From an uncultured Collinsella sp. (GTDB taxonomy: Bacteria > Actinomycetota > Coriobacteriia > Coriobacteriales > Coriobacteriaceae): a stretch of DNA of 64,000 nucleotides. A program made the position numbers and the translations under genes. Location of the stretch: assembly GCA_900541855.1 (NCBI GenBank), contig UQLD01000001.1:38052-102051 (forward strand), given 5' to 3'. Shown here in pieces: positions 18,688 to 28,400 of this stretch (within the stretch, counting starts at the first letter, position 1; every line of letters begins with the position of its first letter). The notes under the pieces are model-generated. The model was not told the origin of the DNA and searched no databases. It saw nothing but the letters and a program-made list of their open reading frames with translations.

Positions 18688-19048
18688 TTGACCACCAATC
18701 CTCGAAGTAGTTGTTTTCGCATCTGACGCTCTATTGTGACGCAGTGCGGGGTTGAGGTTGTGCCTTCATTGCATATCGTATTAAAGATGATTCTCATTCT
18801 CAATAATAATTTTTTGTTATCAGACTATTCTTCAGCTGAAATTACGCATTTCCGCAGGTCAGGAAAGTGTCTTGTCAAAATAACATCTAACATTTCTTTT
18901 GGTCAACCGTTTACCGCTAAATTCCTACCGTTCGTCTGCATTACGCAATGTACCTGCGGATATACGAGATGATGGGCAGCGTGTTACCATGAGAAAAAAT
19001 TGTTATGAACGCCCTCAGGGCATTGGATTTCACCCAAAGGAGTTACCC

Positions 19049-19705
19049 GTGAACGAGACCGTACGTCGCTTTTTGCCGATGGTCGATTTCCTGGAGCAGG
19101 TACTCGGTAAGAACAGCGAGATCGTCCTGCACGATTTCTCGGATCCCGACCACGCCATCGTCGATATCCGCAACGGTATCGTGAGCGGCCGCAAGGTCGG
19201 CGGTCCCGCTACCGATCTGGCACTCAAGATCATGCACGACGCCAAGTATCGCGACCTGCCGTTTATTACGGGCTACGAGGGCCGCGGCGCCGGCGGCAAG
19301 ACGCTGGAGTCGGCGACGTACTTTATCCGTGAGAATGACGAGATTGTCGGTATGCTCTGCGTCAACACCGATCTTTCCACGGTCCGTTCCATCAACGCCA
19401 TGGCGCAGCAGCTCATGACGTGCTTCGACGCGGCGCCGACGCGCACGGAGCCCGCGTCTATCGAGGTCGAAAGCCTTTCGGAGTCCACACAGGAGCTCAT
19501 CGACCGCAGCATTGCCGAGCTGCTGAGCGCGCGCGGGCTGGATGTAGCGTCGCTTGGTCAGAGCGACCGCGTGGATGTCATTCGCCACCTCAACGGCAAC
19601 GGGGTGTTCATGCTCAAGGGCGCCGTGGCCTGCGCCGCCACCGCGCTGGGCATCTCGGAGCCCAGCGTCTACCGCTACCTGCAAAAAGTCCGCAAGGAAG
19701 GCTAA
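19049..19705 (+). CDS. YheO/DauR-like PAS-domain transcriptional regulator (paralog 2)
   Basis: RBS AAGGAG 6 nt before GTG 19049. The region aligning with paralog 1 begins at FLPMVDFLEQVLG, matching FYKRLAHGLALQFG in 2518-3171. C-terminal HTH-like SVYRYLQKVRK. Confidence 0.7.
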   Translation: MNETVRRFLPMVDFLEQVLGKNSEIVLHDFSDPDHAIVDIRNGIVSGRKVGGPATDLALKIMHDAKYRDLPFITGYEGRGAGGKTLESATYFIRENDEIVGMLCVNTDLSTVRSINAMAQQLMTCFDAAPTRTEPASIEVESLSESTQELIDRSIAELLSARGLDVASLGQSDRVDVIRHLNGNGVFMLKGAVACAATALGISEPSVYRYLQKVRKEG

Positions 19706-19760
19706 CCCGCTGACTCCTTGGGGACGGAGGAAAACGGATTATTTTTGTCGCATCGCTTGA

Positions 19761-19797
19761 CAAAAGACCCTGCAGCTCGCACTGCAGGGTCTTTTTG
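19761..19797. terminator. Bidirectional intrinsic terminator between convergent yheO-like and ridA genes (AAAAGACCCTGCAG-CTCGCA-CTGCAGGGTCTTTTT)
   Basis: Perfect 13-bp stem flanked by A-run and T-run. Confidence 0.8.
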
Positions 19798-19825
19798 CAT
19801 GTCATGTTTAGTTGTTGCCAACGCC

Positions 19826-20203
19826 TTAGAGAGCAGCGACGACCTCAATCTCGACCAGACCGCCGGCCGGAAGGGCGGCAACCTGGAAAGCGCTGCGCGC
19901 GGGGAACGGGGCCTCGAACTTGGAAGCGTAGATCTCGTTCACGGCAGCGAAGTCGGCAATGTCGGCCAGGTAGACCGTGGTCTTGACGACATCGGCAAAG
20001 GTGGCACCGGCAGCGGTCAGCAGAGCCTCGACGTTAGCAAGGGACTGCTTAGCCTGGGCCTCAATGCCCTCGGGCATCTTTCCGGTTGCGGGGTCGATGC
20101 CCAGCTGGCCGGACAGGAACACCATGTTGCCGGTCTGGATGCCGGGGGAATACGGGCCGATGGCTGCGGGTGCGTTATCGGAAGACACGACGGTCTTGCT
20201 CAT
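19826..20203 (-). CDS. ridA: RidA/YjgF family reactive-intermediate (enamine/imine) deaminase
   Basis: MSKTVVSSDNAPAAIGPYSPGIQTGNMVFLSGQLG... RBS GGAGAA before ATG 20203. Functionally coherent with the 2-aminoacrylate-releasing DpaL. Confidence 0.85.
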   Translation of the reverse strand: MSKTVVSSDNAPAAIGPYSPGIQTGNMVFLSGQLGIDPATGKMPEGIEAQAKQSLANVEALLTAAGATFADVVKTTVYLADIADFAAVNEIYASKFEAPFPARSAFQVAALPAGGLVEIEVVAAL

Positions 20204-20503
20204 GTTTTTCTCCTTACGATCAATTGAGAGAGCGTGAGCGCGGTGTTCACACCGGGAGGCACAGTTCGGTCTGAACACCGCGCTTGATTGGGATAGTACT
20301 CAAGGTTTCTGTTTGATGCAAGAATATTATCAGCTTGCGAGAATATTTTATCGCCCAACGGTTTCCCCGAACCGCTGAACGGTTCTCATGTGGAGCAGCC
20401 AGTCCAAGCTGCTGAAGACTTTGTCCTGCTTAGGCTGCGGGCGTCGCCCACCGCAGCGACGCCACTATACTTTTGAGTATCTGAGCATTTTGAAAGGCAG
20501 GAT

Positions 20504-22996
20504 ATGACCGCAACCGCCAGTCGAACCACCAACCGCAGACCCGAGCTCTTGGCGCCCGCCGGAGGGCCCGAGCCCTTTGCCGCCGCACTCGCCGCCGGGG
20601 CAGACGCCATCTACTGCGGCATGGGCAGCTTCAACGCCCGCCGCAAGGCCACCAACTTTACCGACGAGGCCTTTGAGCAAGCCTGCCGCGCCGCGCATCT
20701 AGCCGGGTCGCGCGTCTACGTCACGGTCAACATCATCATCAAGCAGTCCGAGATGGGCGATGCACTGCAGCTCATTCATCGCTGCTCCACGCTGGGCGCC
20801 GATGCCTTCATTATCCAGGACTGGGGCCTGTTCTTTGAGGTCAAACGCACCATGCCCGGCATCGAGACGCATATCTCGACCCAGGCGAACATCCACGACG
20901 ACCGCGGAACCCTTTGGTGCCGCGAGCAGGGCGCCGACCGCGTGACCCTCTCGCGCGAGCTTTCCATCGACGAGATTGCCGCCATTCACGATGCCGCGCC
21001 CGATGTGGACCTTGAAGTCTTTAGCCACGGTGCCATCTGCTTTTGCTACTCGGGCCTGTGCCTGCTCTCGAGCTTTGCCATGGCGGGCCGCTCGGCCAAC
21101 CGCGGCATGTGCGCTCAGCCCTGTCGCCTGCCTTACGAGCTGATCGACGAGAACGGCCGCACGCTCTCCCCCGCCGGCCGCGAGCGTGCGCTATGCCCGC
21201 GCGACACCAACACTTCGCAGCTTGTTCGCCGTCTGTATGACGCCGGTGCCGCATCGCTCAAGCTCGAGGGCCGCATGAAGGCGCCCGATTACGTGTACTC
21301 CATCGTTGATGTGTATCGTCGCGAAATTGACGACATGCTATCCGGAGCCACCGTTGCCAAGGACGAGGAAGCCGCCCGCCAGCGCCAGCTCAAGCGCTGC
21401 TTCAACCGCGACTTTACGCACGCCTATCAGGACGGCACCTCGGGCGACGAGATGATGAGCTACGAGCGCTCCAACAACCGCGGCCAGATCGTGGGCACGG
21501 TGCTGGGCAGCCGCCCGGCCAACCGCGATGTGCGTGGCCTCAAGCCCGACGACCGCCGTCGCCGCGCCGCCATCGCCCGCATTGAGCTGTTTGAACCCGT
21601 GGGCAAGGGCGACTTGTTGGAACTTCGCCACGATAACGAGTTTGACCAGTTCCTGACCACCATTGCCGCAGATGATGCCGCCGCGGGCGACATCATCGAG
21701 TGCCGCGTGCCCCGCAGCATGCCCGAGGGCTGCCGCGTGCGCGTCATCCGCAGCCAGCGCGCTATTGACGCCGCCGGCGCCGCGCTCAAGCGCGATGTGC
21801 TGCGCCGCCGAGCTGTTGATGTGTCCGTCGTGGCGCGCCTGGGCGAGCCGTTTACTGTCACGCTTACTTGCTGCGACGACCCATCGCTCACCGCCACGGC
21901 CACGGGCTTTACCGTCGAGGCTGCCAAGACCCGCGCCGTCGAGGCGGCAGACCTGGTTGAGCATGTGGGCCGCATGGGCTCCTCGCCCTTTGAGGCTGCG
22001 AGCTTTGACGTTTCGCTCGACGCCAGCTGTGGCATGGGCTTCTCCGCCGTGCACAAGGTGCGCGCTGCCGCCTGTAAAGCCTTGGAGGAGGCCATTCTGG
22101 CGCCGTACGAGGAGCGCGCGAAAACGCTCGAGTTGCCGGTGCTCGACAAATGTACGCGCGCCATGCCCGCGCATTACCGCGACGAGCCGCAGATCTGCGC
22201 CAGCGTCACCTCGCTCGAAGCTGCCGAGGCAGCCCGCGCGGAGGGTGCGACGCGCATCTACATGACCACCGATGCGCTCGATGCGGCCGGGCTCTCCCCC
22301 GCCGATGCGCTTGAGCAGGGCATCGTACCCGTACTCGACGAGGTCTGCCGCGCCGTCGACCACGAGCGCGTCGATCCCTGGATCAATGCCGGAGCCACGG
22401 TCGCCGTCGGCAATATCTCCGAGCTCGCCGTAGCCGCGCAGGCCGGCGCCACGGCCGAGATTCGCTCTTGCCTGCCGGTGCACAACACGCCCTGCATGGA
22501 GGCGCTTGCTGAGCGCGGCGCCGGTGCGTTTTGGCTCTCGCCCGAAATCACGCTCGACGAGATTGTCTCGCTCGGCGCCGCCGCGCCCGCGGCTCTGGGC
22601 ATCACCGTTTTTGGCCGCCCGCGCGTCATGACGAGCGAGCACTGCATTCTGCAGGTCGCCAACGGCTGCATCCACGATTGCGCCAACTGCCGCCTGCGTG
22701 CCCGCAAGCTCTCGCTCAAGAATATCGACGGAAAGGTCATGCCCGTTCGCACCGACATCCACGGCCGCTCTCGCCTGTACGATGCTTATCCCATCGACCT
22801 TACGCCGCAGGTTCCTCAGCTGCTCGACGCCGGCGTGCGTCGTCTCATGGTGGGCGGAACGCTGCTCGAGACGGATGAGGTGGGCCGTGCCGTCGCCCGC
22901 GTCCGTCGTGCCGTCGAGGCCGCGCAGGCCGGCCGCAAGCCCGCCGCCCGTCTGCGCGGGGCGACCTCGGGCTGCATGTTTGTGGGAATCAGCTAA
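20504..22996 (+). CDS. peptidase U32 family protein (collagenase-like, 830 aa)
   Basis: N-terminal U32 catalytic region ELLAPAGGPE...AGADAIYCG, E..H..S motif, long C-terminal extension. Confidence 0.8.
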   Translation: MTATASRTTNRRPELLAPAGGPEPFAAALAAGADAIYCGMGSFNARRKATNFTDEAFEQACRAAHLAGSRVYVTVNIIIKQSEMGDALQLIHRCSTLGADAFIIQDWGLFFEVKRTMPGIETHISTQANIHDDRGTLWCREQGADRVTLSRELSIDEIAAIHDAAPDVDLEVFSHGAICFCYSGLCLLSSFAMAGRSANRGMCAQPCRLPYELIDENGRTLSPAGRERALCPRDTNTSQLVRRLYDAGAASLKLEGRMKAPDYVYSIVDVYRREIDDMLSGATVAKDEEAARQRQLKRCFNRDFTHAYQDGTSGDEMMSYERSNNRGQIVGTVLGSRPANRDVRGLKPDDRRRRAAIARIELFEPVGKGDLLELRHDNEFDQFLTTIAADDAAAGDIIECRVPRSMPEGCRVRVIRSQRAIDAAGAALKRDVLRRRAVDVSVVARLGEPFTVTLTCCDDPSLTATATGFTVEAAKTRAVEAADLVEHVGRMGSSPFEAASFDVSLDASCGMGFSAVHKVRAAACKALEEAILAPYEERAKTLELPVLDKCTRAMPAHYRDEPQICASVTSLEAAEAARAEGATRIYMTTDALDAAGLSPADALEQGIVPVLDEVCRAVDHERVDPWINAGATVAVGNISELAVAAQAGATAEIRSCLPVHNTPCMEALAERGAGAFWLSPEITLDEIVSLGAAAPAALGITVFGRPRVMTSEHCILQVANGCIHDCANCRLRARKLSLKNIDGKVMPVRTDIHGRSRLYDAYPIDLTPQVPQLLDAGVRRLMVGGTLLETDEVGRAVARVRRAVEAAQAGRKPAARLRGATSGCMFVGIS

Positions 22997-23011
22997 CCGA
23001 AAGGCTTACAC

Positions 23012-23671
23012 GTGAACGAAGAACCTCAAGTCCTCTACTGCGACGCCTGGCTCATGGCCATCGACAAGCCCGCCGGCATGATCGTCCACGGCGACGGCAC
23101 CGGCGAGCGCACACTTACCGACTACGCCAGCGACCTGCTGCTGGCGATGGGCGACGGCTTTGCCGCGACCGACATGCAGCCGCTCAACCGCCTGGACCGC
23201 GACACCACCGGCGTGGTGTTGTTCTCTCTCGACAAGCAGACGCAGCCCGCCTTTGACCAGATGGTCATCGACCACGCTTTCGAAAAGCACTACCTGGCGC
23301 TCGCCGAGGGCAAGATCGACTGGAACGAAAAGCTCATCGACAAGCCCATCGCCCGCGACCGCCACGACAGCCGAAAGATGCGCGTCGGCGCCAGCGGCAA
23401 GCCGTCTCAAACGCGCGTGAAGGTGCTCAAGCGTCTTAAGAGCCGTCGTGGCCTGCCCACGCGCTCGTATATCGATGTCGAGCTGCTCACCGGCCGCAAG
23501 CACCAAATCCGTGTGCATCTGGCCAGCGAGCGTCATCCCCTGGTGGGCGACGAGCTCTACGGCACGCCACGTCCCTGCGGCCTGATGCTCCACGCCCACA
23601 GCGTGTCCTTTACGCATCCCGTAACCGGCGAGCACATCCACATCGAAGCCCCCTGCCCCTGGGAGCCCTAA
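23012..23671 (+). CDS. RluA-family pseudouridine synthase
   Basis: PLNRLDRDTTGVVLF (catalytic Asp motif), HQIRVH motif. GTG start with GAAAGG RBS. Confidence 0.8.
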   Translation: MNEEPQVLYCDAWLMAIDKPAGMIVHGDGTGERTLTDYASDLLLAMGDGFAATDMQPLNRLDRDTTGVVLFSLDKQTQPAFDQMVIDHAFEKHYLALAEGKIDWNEKLIDKPIARDRHDSRKMRVGASGKPSQTRVKVLKRLKSRRGLPTRSYIDVELLTGRKHQIRVHLASERHPLVGDELYGTPRPCGLMLHAHSVSFTHPVTGEHIHIEAPCPWEP

Positions 23672-23710
23672 ACCACCACAATGGGGACAGGCACCTTTGT
23701 GGTGGTTTTG
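23672..23710 (+). terminator. Intrinsic terminator after rluA-like gene (CCACCACAA...TTGTGGTGG + TTTTGG)
   Basis: 9-10 bp perfect stem followed by a T-run on the plus strand. Confidence 0.6.
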
Positions 23711-23724
23711 GCCTTGTCCCGTCG

Positions 23725-24471
23725 CTAGACCGTGATGACGTTGTCCATCGACTGGTACTTGGCGGGTACTTCGCCCGCAGTAATAATCGTTGCGTCGCGG
23801 AAGTCCGCAAACTTGACGGGCGCCACCATGCCAAATTTGCTGGCGTCCGAGATTACGAAGCGTTTGGCGGTATGGCGCATCGAGATACGCTTGACCTGCG
23901 CTTCCTCGATATCCGGTGTGGTGAGACCTTGCTCGGCGGCGATGCCATTGGAACCCCAAAAACCGCAGTTGAAGTTATAGCGGTCCAGGGTTGCCAAGGC
24001 ATCGGGACCGACGAGTGCCTCGGTCTCGGGCTTGAGCTCGCCGCCCAGCACCACGGTGCGCATGCCGCGCAGAGCGAGATGCTGGGCATGGAGCACGGAA
24101 TCGGTCACATAGGTGACGCCCTCAAGGCGCGGAAGATGCTCGATGAGCTTGAGGGTCGTGGATCCCGAATCGATATACACAAAGCTATCGGGCTCCACAA
24201 GCGCCGCGGCGCGGGCGCAGATACGCTCCTTGTCGTCGTTATGGAGATCGCTGCGCTCACTGATCGTTAGGTCGCGCGTCACGTGCGCGCGCTCAAGACT
24301 TGTCGCGCCACCGTGCACCTTGGCGATACGGTGTGCGCGGTCGAGCGCCTGCAGGTCGCGCCGAATGGTAGACGCCGTCACGCCCAGGGCTTCAGCAAGC
24401 TCCGGCACGGTAACCGAGCCGGCCTGCTGCACCATCGTCACGATCGCGTTGAGCCTATCTTCCGCAAGCAT
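23725..24471 (-). CDS. DeoR family transcriptional regulator
   Basis: N-terminal HTH (VTVPELAEALGVTASTIRRDLQAL), C-terminal DeoR sugar-binding domain. Confidence 0.85.
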   Translation of the reverse strand: MLAEDRLNAIVTMVQQAGSVTVPELAEALGVTASTIRRDLQALDRAHRIAKVHGGATSLERAHVTRDLTISERSDLHNDDKERICARAAALVEPDSFVYIDSGSTTLKLIEHLPRLEGVTYVTDSVLHAQHLALRGMRTVVLGGELKPETEALVGPDALATLDRYNFNCGFWGSNGIAAEQGLTTPDIEEAQVKRISMRHTAKRFVISDASKFGMVAPVKFADFRDATIITAGEVPAKYQSMDNVITV

Positions 24472-24474
24472 CGC

Positions 24475-25554
24475 TTACTCCTCCTCGGGGTACACGACTC
24501 CCCAATCGGCGCGAAGCTTGGTCATCAGCTCCATAACATCAGAAGCATAGCCCAGAAGCTCGCACTTCGAATCATCGCCGGCAACGGCCTTCTCCAGGTC
24601 GGCCATCTCGTAGCACAGAGCGTATGCCTCGGTGCCAGCGTGGACCTCCTCACGGCGACCGTCCGCAGTCCATACGATGGTCGCGTGATCGGCGCGCGGA
24701 TAATCGTTGACCTCGATATAGCACTTGTCGAAGCTAATGACCGAACGCTTGGGCTGCTTGGAGTGGAGCGTAAGGCTCACCACGCCCAGCTGCTGCTCGG
24801 CGTTTCGGCAGACAATGCCGCCCGCAACGTCGACACCGGTCTCACAGGTGTTGCCCAGCGAGACAACCTCAGCGGGCTGGCTCGCCATAAAGAGGCGCAT
24901 AACGGAGAGCGCATACACGCCAATATCGAGCATGGCGCCGCCGGCGAGACTACGGTTGTAGAACCGGTTGGTCAGGTCCCCGTACTCCTTATAGCTGCCA
25001 AAGTTGAGCTGGGCGAGGTTCATGCGACCAAAGTCGCCCGCATCCATGCGGCGGCGCAGCTCCTGATACAGCGGCATGTGAAGCACCGTGGTGGCGTCCA
25101 TAAGGACGACGTTGTGCTCGTCGGCGATGGCACGCGCCTCGTCGAGCTCGGCGGAGTTGAGGGTAATGGCCTTCTCGCAAAGCACGTGCTTGCCAGCTGA
25201 CAGAGCGGCGCGCAGGTAGGTGATATGCGTGTTGTGCGGCGTGGTGACATAGACCGCGTCAATGTTCGGATCGGCGTAGAGGTCCTCGACCGTTTCATAG
25301 ACCTTCTCAACGCCATACTGCTCTGCAAAAGCTTGAGCCTTGGACAGAGTGCGATTGGCAACGCCCGCAAGCTTGCGGCCGGCAAGAGCGAGAGACTGGG
25401 CCATCTGGTTGGCGATAACGCCGCACCCGATCACAGCCCAACGAAGCTCGGGAGCCGTAAAAATATCGTCGGGGAACGGCTGATCCTGGACCGAGGCGAA
25501 TGCCGCCTTAGCGGCTGCTTCGGCGTCGAGCGGAGCCTGTTTGGAATCTGCCAT
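24475..25554 (-). CDS. Gfo/Idh/MocA family NAD(P)-dependent oxidoreductase
   Basis: Rossmann motif AVIGCGVIANQ, EKA motif (VLCEKAI). Confidence 0.85.
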   Translation of the reverse strand: MADSKQAPLDAEAAAKAAFASVQDQPFPDDIFTAPELRWAVIGCGVIANQMAQSLALAGRKLAGVANRTLSKAQAFAEQYGVEKVYETVEDLYADPNIDAVYVTTPHNTHITYLRAALSAGKHVLCEKAITLNSAELDEARAIADEHNVVLMDATTVLHMPLYQELRRRMDAGDFGRMNLAQLNFGSYKEYGDLTNRFYNRSLAGGAMLDIGVYALSVMRLFMASQPAEVVSLGNTCETGVDVAGGIVCRNAEQQLGVVSLTLHSKQPKRSVISFDKCYIEVNDYPRADHATIVWTADGRREEVHAGTEAYALCYEMADLEKAVAGDDSKCELLGYASDVMELMTKLRADWGVVYPEEE

Positions 25555-25810
25555 GATGTGCCTCCTAAGTCATCGGAAGTCCTTCATTTCTAACAACCCT
25601 ATATTCGCACAAACACGCGCGTCTGTGCGCGTTTTTGCGTATCTCACCGCTAAACGGTCATTATTGCCCCGTAAACGGCGCATATATACGCATAGGTGCG
25701 TAATTAAACGCAATCTAACGCGCATAAACGCGCACACAAGCAATTTATACAGCACGACCCGCTCATTTATGCTTACCCAGTTAGGGTACTCATTTAAGTC
25801 TGTCCCCAAT
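25555..25810 (-). promoter_or_regulatory. AT-richer promoter/operator region of the oxidoreductase-DeoR operon, with repeated ACGCGC/TAAACG motifs and a near-palindrome GCGCATATATACGC
   Basis: Local GC drop and repeated short motifs directly upstream of the minus-strand operon start. Confidence 0.35.
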
Positions 25811-25820
25811 GAGTAGGGAT

Positions 25821-25856
25821 AGAAAAAGGCCCGGGTGCCTTGGCATCCGGGCCTTT
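25821..25856 (-). terminator. Intrinsic terminator ending the S10-type r-protein operon after rplX (GGCCCGG-loop-CCGGGCC + TTTTTCT on the minus strand)
   Basis: GC-rich 7-bp stem plus T-run on the minus strand, immediately downstream of the rplX stop. Confidence 0.75.
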
Positions 25857-25882
25857 GCTAGCAACTTGATGTTGCGGGCAGC

Positions 25883-26188
25883 TTAGAACTTGTGGCCGCA
25901 CTTCTTGCAGACGCGCAGCTTGTTCTTGCCGTCCTTCTCGTGACCGACGCGGGTAACCTTACCGCACTCGGGGCAAACGAGATTGACGTTGGAGGCGTCG
26001 ATGGGAGCCTCCTGCGAAACGATGCCGCCCTGCTGGTTGGCAGCGTTGGGCTTGACGGCCTTCTTGACGACCGAAACGCCCTCGACAACGACCTTGTTCT
26101 CGGCGGGGAGAGCACGCAGGATAACGCCCTGCTTGCCGCGATCCTTACCAGAGAGAACCTGGACCTTATCGCCCTTCTTGATATACAT
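25883..26188 (-). CDS. rplX: 50S ribosomal protein L24 with C-terminal Cys4 zinc-ribbon variant (CPEC...CKKC)
   Basis: [23 protein letters not shown]... KOW domain. C-terminus [33 protein letters not shown]. Confidence 0.9.
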   Translation of the reverse strand: MYIKKGDKVQVLSGKDRGKQGVILRALPAENKVVVEGVSVVKKAVKPNAANQQGGIVSQEAPIDASNVNLVCPECGKVTRVGHEKDGKNKLRVCKKCGHKF

Positions 26189-26201
26189 ATATCTCCCCTA
26201 A

Positions 26202-26570
26202 CTACAGGGTCTCGGGAGCGAGCGAGACGATCTTCATGTACTTCTTGTCACGAAGCTCGCGAGCGACGGGCCCGAAGATACGGGTGCCGACGGGCGAACC
26301 ATCGTTGTTGATGACAACGCAAGCGTTCTCATCAAAGCGAATGTAGGAGCCATCCTTGCGGCGGATCTCCTTAACGGTGCGAACGACGACGCAACGGACA
26401 ACGTCCTTCTTTTTGACGTTGGCGCCAGGGGTAGCCTCCTGGACAGCACCGATGAACACATCGCCGATGCCTGCATAACGACGCTTGGAACCGCCAAGCA
26501 CCTTGATGCAGCGAATCTTGCGAGCGCCGGAGTTGTCGGCGACGTTCAGCATGGTTTGCATCTGAATCAT
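26202..26570 (-). CDS. rplN: 50S ribosomal protein L14
   Basis: [28 protein letters not shown]... Confidence 0.95.
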   Translation of the reverse strand: MIQMQTMLNVADNSGARKIRCIKVLGGSKRRYAGIGDVFIGAVQEATPGANVKKKDVVRCVVVRTVKEIRRKDGSYIRFDENACVVINNDGSPVGTRIFGPVARELRDKKYMKIVSLAPETL

Positions 26571-26688
26571 GGTAGATGTTCCTCCGAACTAAGAACCGAA
26601 GAGAGGTGCGCAGCCTTTATACGGCCCGTGGTATGCAAGCCAGGCATACGCACATCTTCGGAAACGTACAAGTCGTAAGAGCGACTGC

Positions 26689-26949
26689 TTATTTAGCGCG
26701 CTCGACGACCTCGATGAGGCGCCAACGCTTCATCTTGGACATAGGACGGGTCTCCATAACGCGGACGGTATCGCCCACGCCAGCCGTGCACTCCTCGTCG
26801 TGAGCGTGCAGCTTCTTGGAGCTGGTCATCATCTTGCCGTACTTGGGGTGACGCTTGCGCTCGGTGATGGTGACAACAATGGTCTTGGCACCGGAGACGG
26901 AGGTAACGACACCCGTACGGACCTTACGCGAGTTACGCGAATCAGTCAT
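26689..26949 (-). CDS. rpsQ: 30S ribosomal protein S17
   Basis: RKVRTGVVTSVSGAKTIVVTIERKRHPKYGK... Confidence 0.9.
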   Translation of the reverse strand: MTDSRNSRKVRTGVVTSVSGAKTIVVTITERKRHPKYGKMMTSSKKLHAHDEECTAGVGDTVRVMETRPMSKMKRWRLIEVVERAK

Positions 26950-26965
26950 GTTCTCTCCTTAGGTC

Positions 26966-27181
26966 CTACTCGGCGACAGCGGACTTCTCCGCTGCGATCT
27001 CGCGGGCGCGCTGCTCCGTGAGGACGCGAGCGATGTCCTTCTTCACGGTGTTGACGCGAGCGGTGTTGTCCAGCTGGCTGGTGGCCATCTGGAAACGAAG
27101 GTTAAAGAGCTCGGCGCGCATTTCCTTCAGCTTCTCAACGAGCTGAGCGTCCGAGAGCTCACGAATCTCTGCGGGCTTCAT
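26966..27181 (-). CDS. rpmC: 50S ribosomal protein L29
   Basis: [31 protein letters not shown]... Confidence 0.9.
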   Translation of the reverse strand: MKPAEIRELSDAQLVEKLKEMRAELFNLRFQMATSQLDNTARVNTVKKDIARVLTEQRAREIAAEKSAVAE

Positions 27182-27684
27182 TAGTTCTCCTCCTTGGCGG
27201 CGGCGGCGTCCTCAGCAGCCCACTTGGCCTCGAGAGCGGCCTCCTCAGCCATCTCCTTCTCGATGCGCTGCTCAGCGTTCTTGGCAGCAACAATCTTGGT
27301 CTTGATGGGAAGCTTGTGCTGTGCAAGACGCAGAGCCTCGCGAGCGACCTCCTCGGGCACGCCCTTGACCTCGAACATGATGCGGCCGGGCTTGACGACG
27401 GCTACCCACTCCTCGGGGTTACCCTTACCAGAGCCCATGCGAGTCTCGGCAGGCTTCTTGGTGATGGGCTTATCGGGGAAGATCGTGATGTAGACACGAC
27501 CGCCACGCTTCATGTAGCGGGTCATGGCAATACGAGCGGCCTCGATCTGACGGTTGGTGATCCAATGGGCCTCGAGAGCCTGGATACCAAACTCGCCGAA
27601 ATGCAGCTCGGTATTACCCTTGGCCTGGCCCTTCATGGAGCCACGCTGCACCTTGCGGTGAAGAATACGCTTAGGGGCAAGCAC
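27181..27684 (-). CDS. rplP: 50S ribosomal protein L16 (with ~30-aa Ala/Glu-rich C-terminal extension)
   Basis: [15 protein letters not shown]...[28 protein letters not shown]; 167 aa vs ~140 typical. Confidence 0.9.
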   Translation of the reverse strand: MLAPKRILHRKVQRGSMKGQAKGNTELHFGEFGIQALEAHWITNRQIEAARIAMTRYMKRGGRVYITIFPDKPITKKPAETRMGSGKGNPEEWVAVVKPGRIMFEVKGVPEEVAREALRLAQHKLPIKTKIVAAKNAEQRIEKEMAEEAALEAKWAAEDAAAAKEEN

Positions 27685-28394
27685 TACTGACCCCTCCTCT
27701 CGGAGTTACGACGACGAGGACGGGAAGAGCCCTCGAGTGCAGGGTTGGGAACAGGCTGGCCCGGGAGCTTCTCGCCCAGGTAGATCCAGACCTTCACGCC
27801 GCAAGCGCCCATGGTGGTGCTGGCGACAGCCGTGCCGTAGTCGATCTTGGCACGGAGGGTGTGCAGAGGCACGCGACCCTCGCGGTACCACTCACGACGG
27901 CCCATCTCGGCGCCGCCGAGACGACCGGAGCACTGGATACGGATGCCCTTAGCGCCGGCCTTGCGGGCGGACTGGACAGCCTTGCGCATAGCGCGACGGA
28001 AGGCAACGCGGCCCTCGAGCTGCTCGGCGATAGACTGAGCAACGAGGTTGGCGTCGAGCTCGGGGCGCTTGATCTCGACAACGTCGACGGAGAGCTGGCC
28101 CTTGGAGACGCCAGCGACCTTCTCGAGCTCGGTGCGGAGGGTATCGATCTCGGCACCCTTCTTACCGATGACAACGCCGGGGCGAGCGGTGAGGATGATG
28201 ACCTTCACCTTGTCGCCAGCGCGCTCGATCTCGACGCGGGAGACAGCTGCGCGGGAAAGACGCTTCTCGAGGTACTTGCGGATCTCGAGATCGTTACCGA
28301 GGGTCTTAGCGTAATCCTTCTCTGCGAACCAGCGGGAGCGCCAGTTCTCGGTGATGCCAAGACGGAAGCCGGTGGGGTAGACTTTCTGACCCAT
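27684..28394 (-). CDS. rpsC: 30S ribosomal protein S3
   Basis: [24 protein letters not shown]... KH domain. Confidence 0.95.
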   Translation of the reverse strand: MGQKVYPTGFRLGITENWRSRWFAEKDYAKTLGNDLEIRKYLEKRLSRAAVSRVEIERAGDKVKVIILTARPGVVIGKKGAEIDTLRTELEKVAGVSKGQLSVDVVEIKRPELDANLVAQSIAEQLEGRVAFRRAMRKAVQSARKAGAKGIRIQCSGRLGGAEMGRREWYREGRVPLHTLRAKIDYGTAVASTTMGACGVKVWIYLGEKLPGQPVPNPALEGSSRPRRRNSERRGQ

Positions 28395-28400
28395 ACAGCT

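Noticed and set aside
25555-25880. Possible tRNA or small RNA gene in the AT-richer gap downstream of rplX
   Set aside because: No T-loop (GTTCGAATC-like) or acceptor-stem pattern. The region is better explained as the rplX terminator plus the promoter/operator of the oxidoreductase-DeoR operon.
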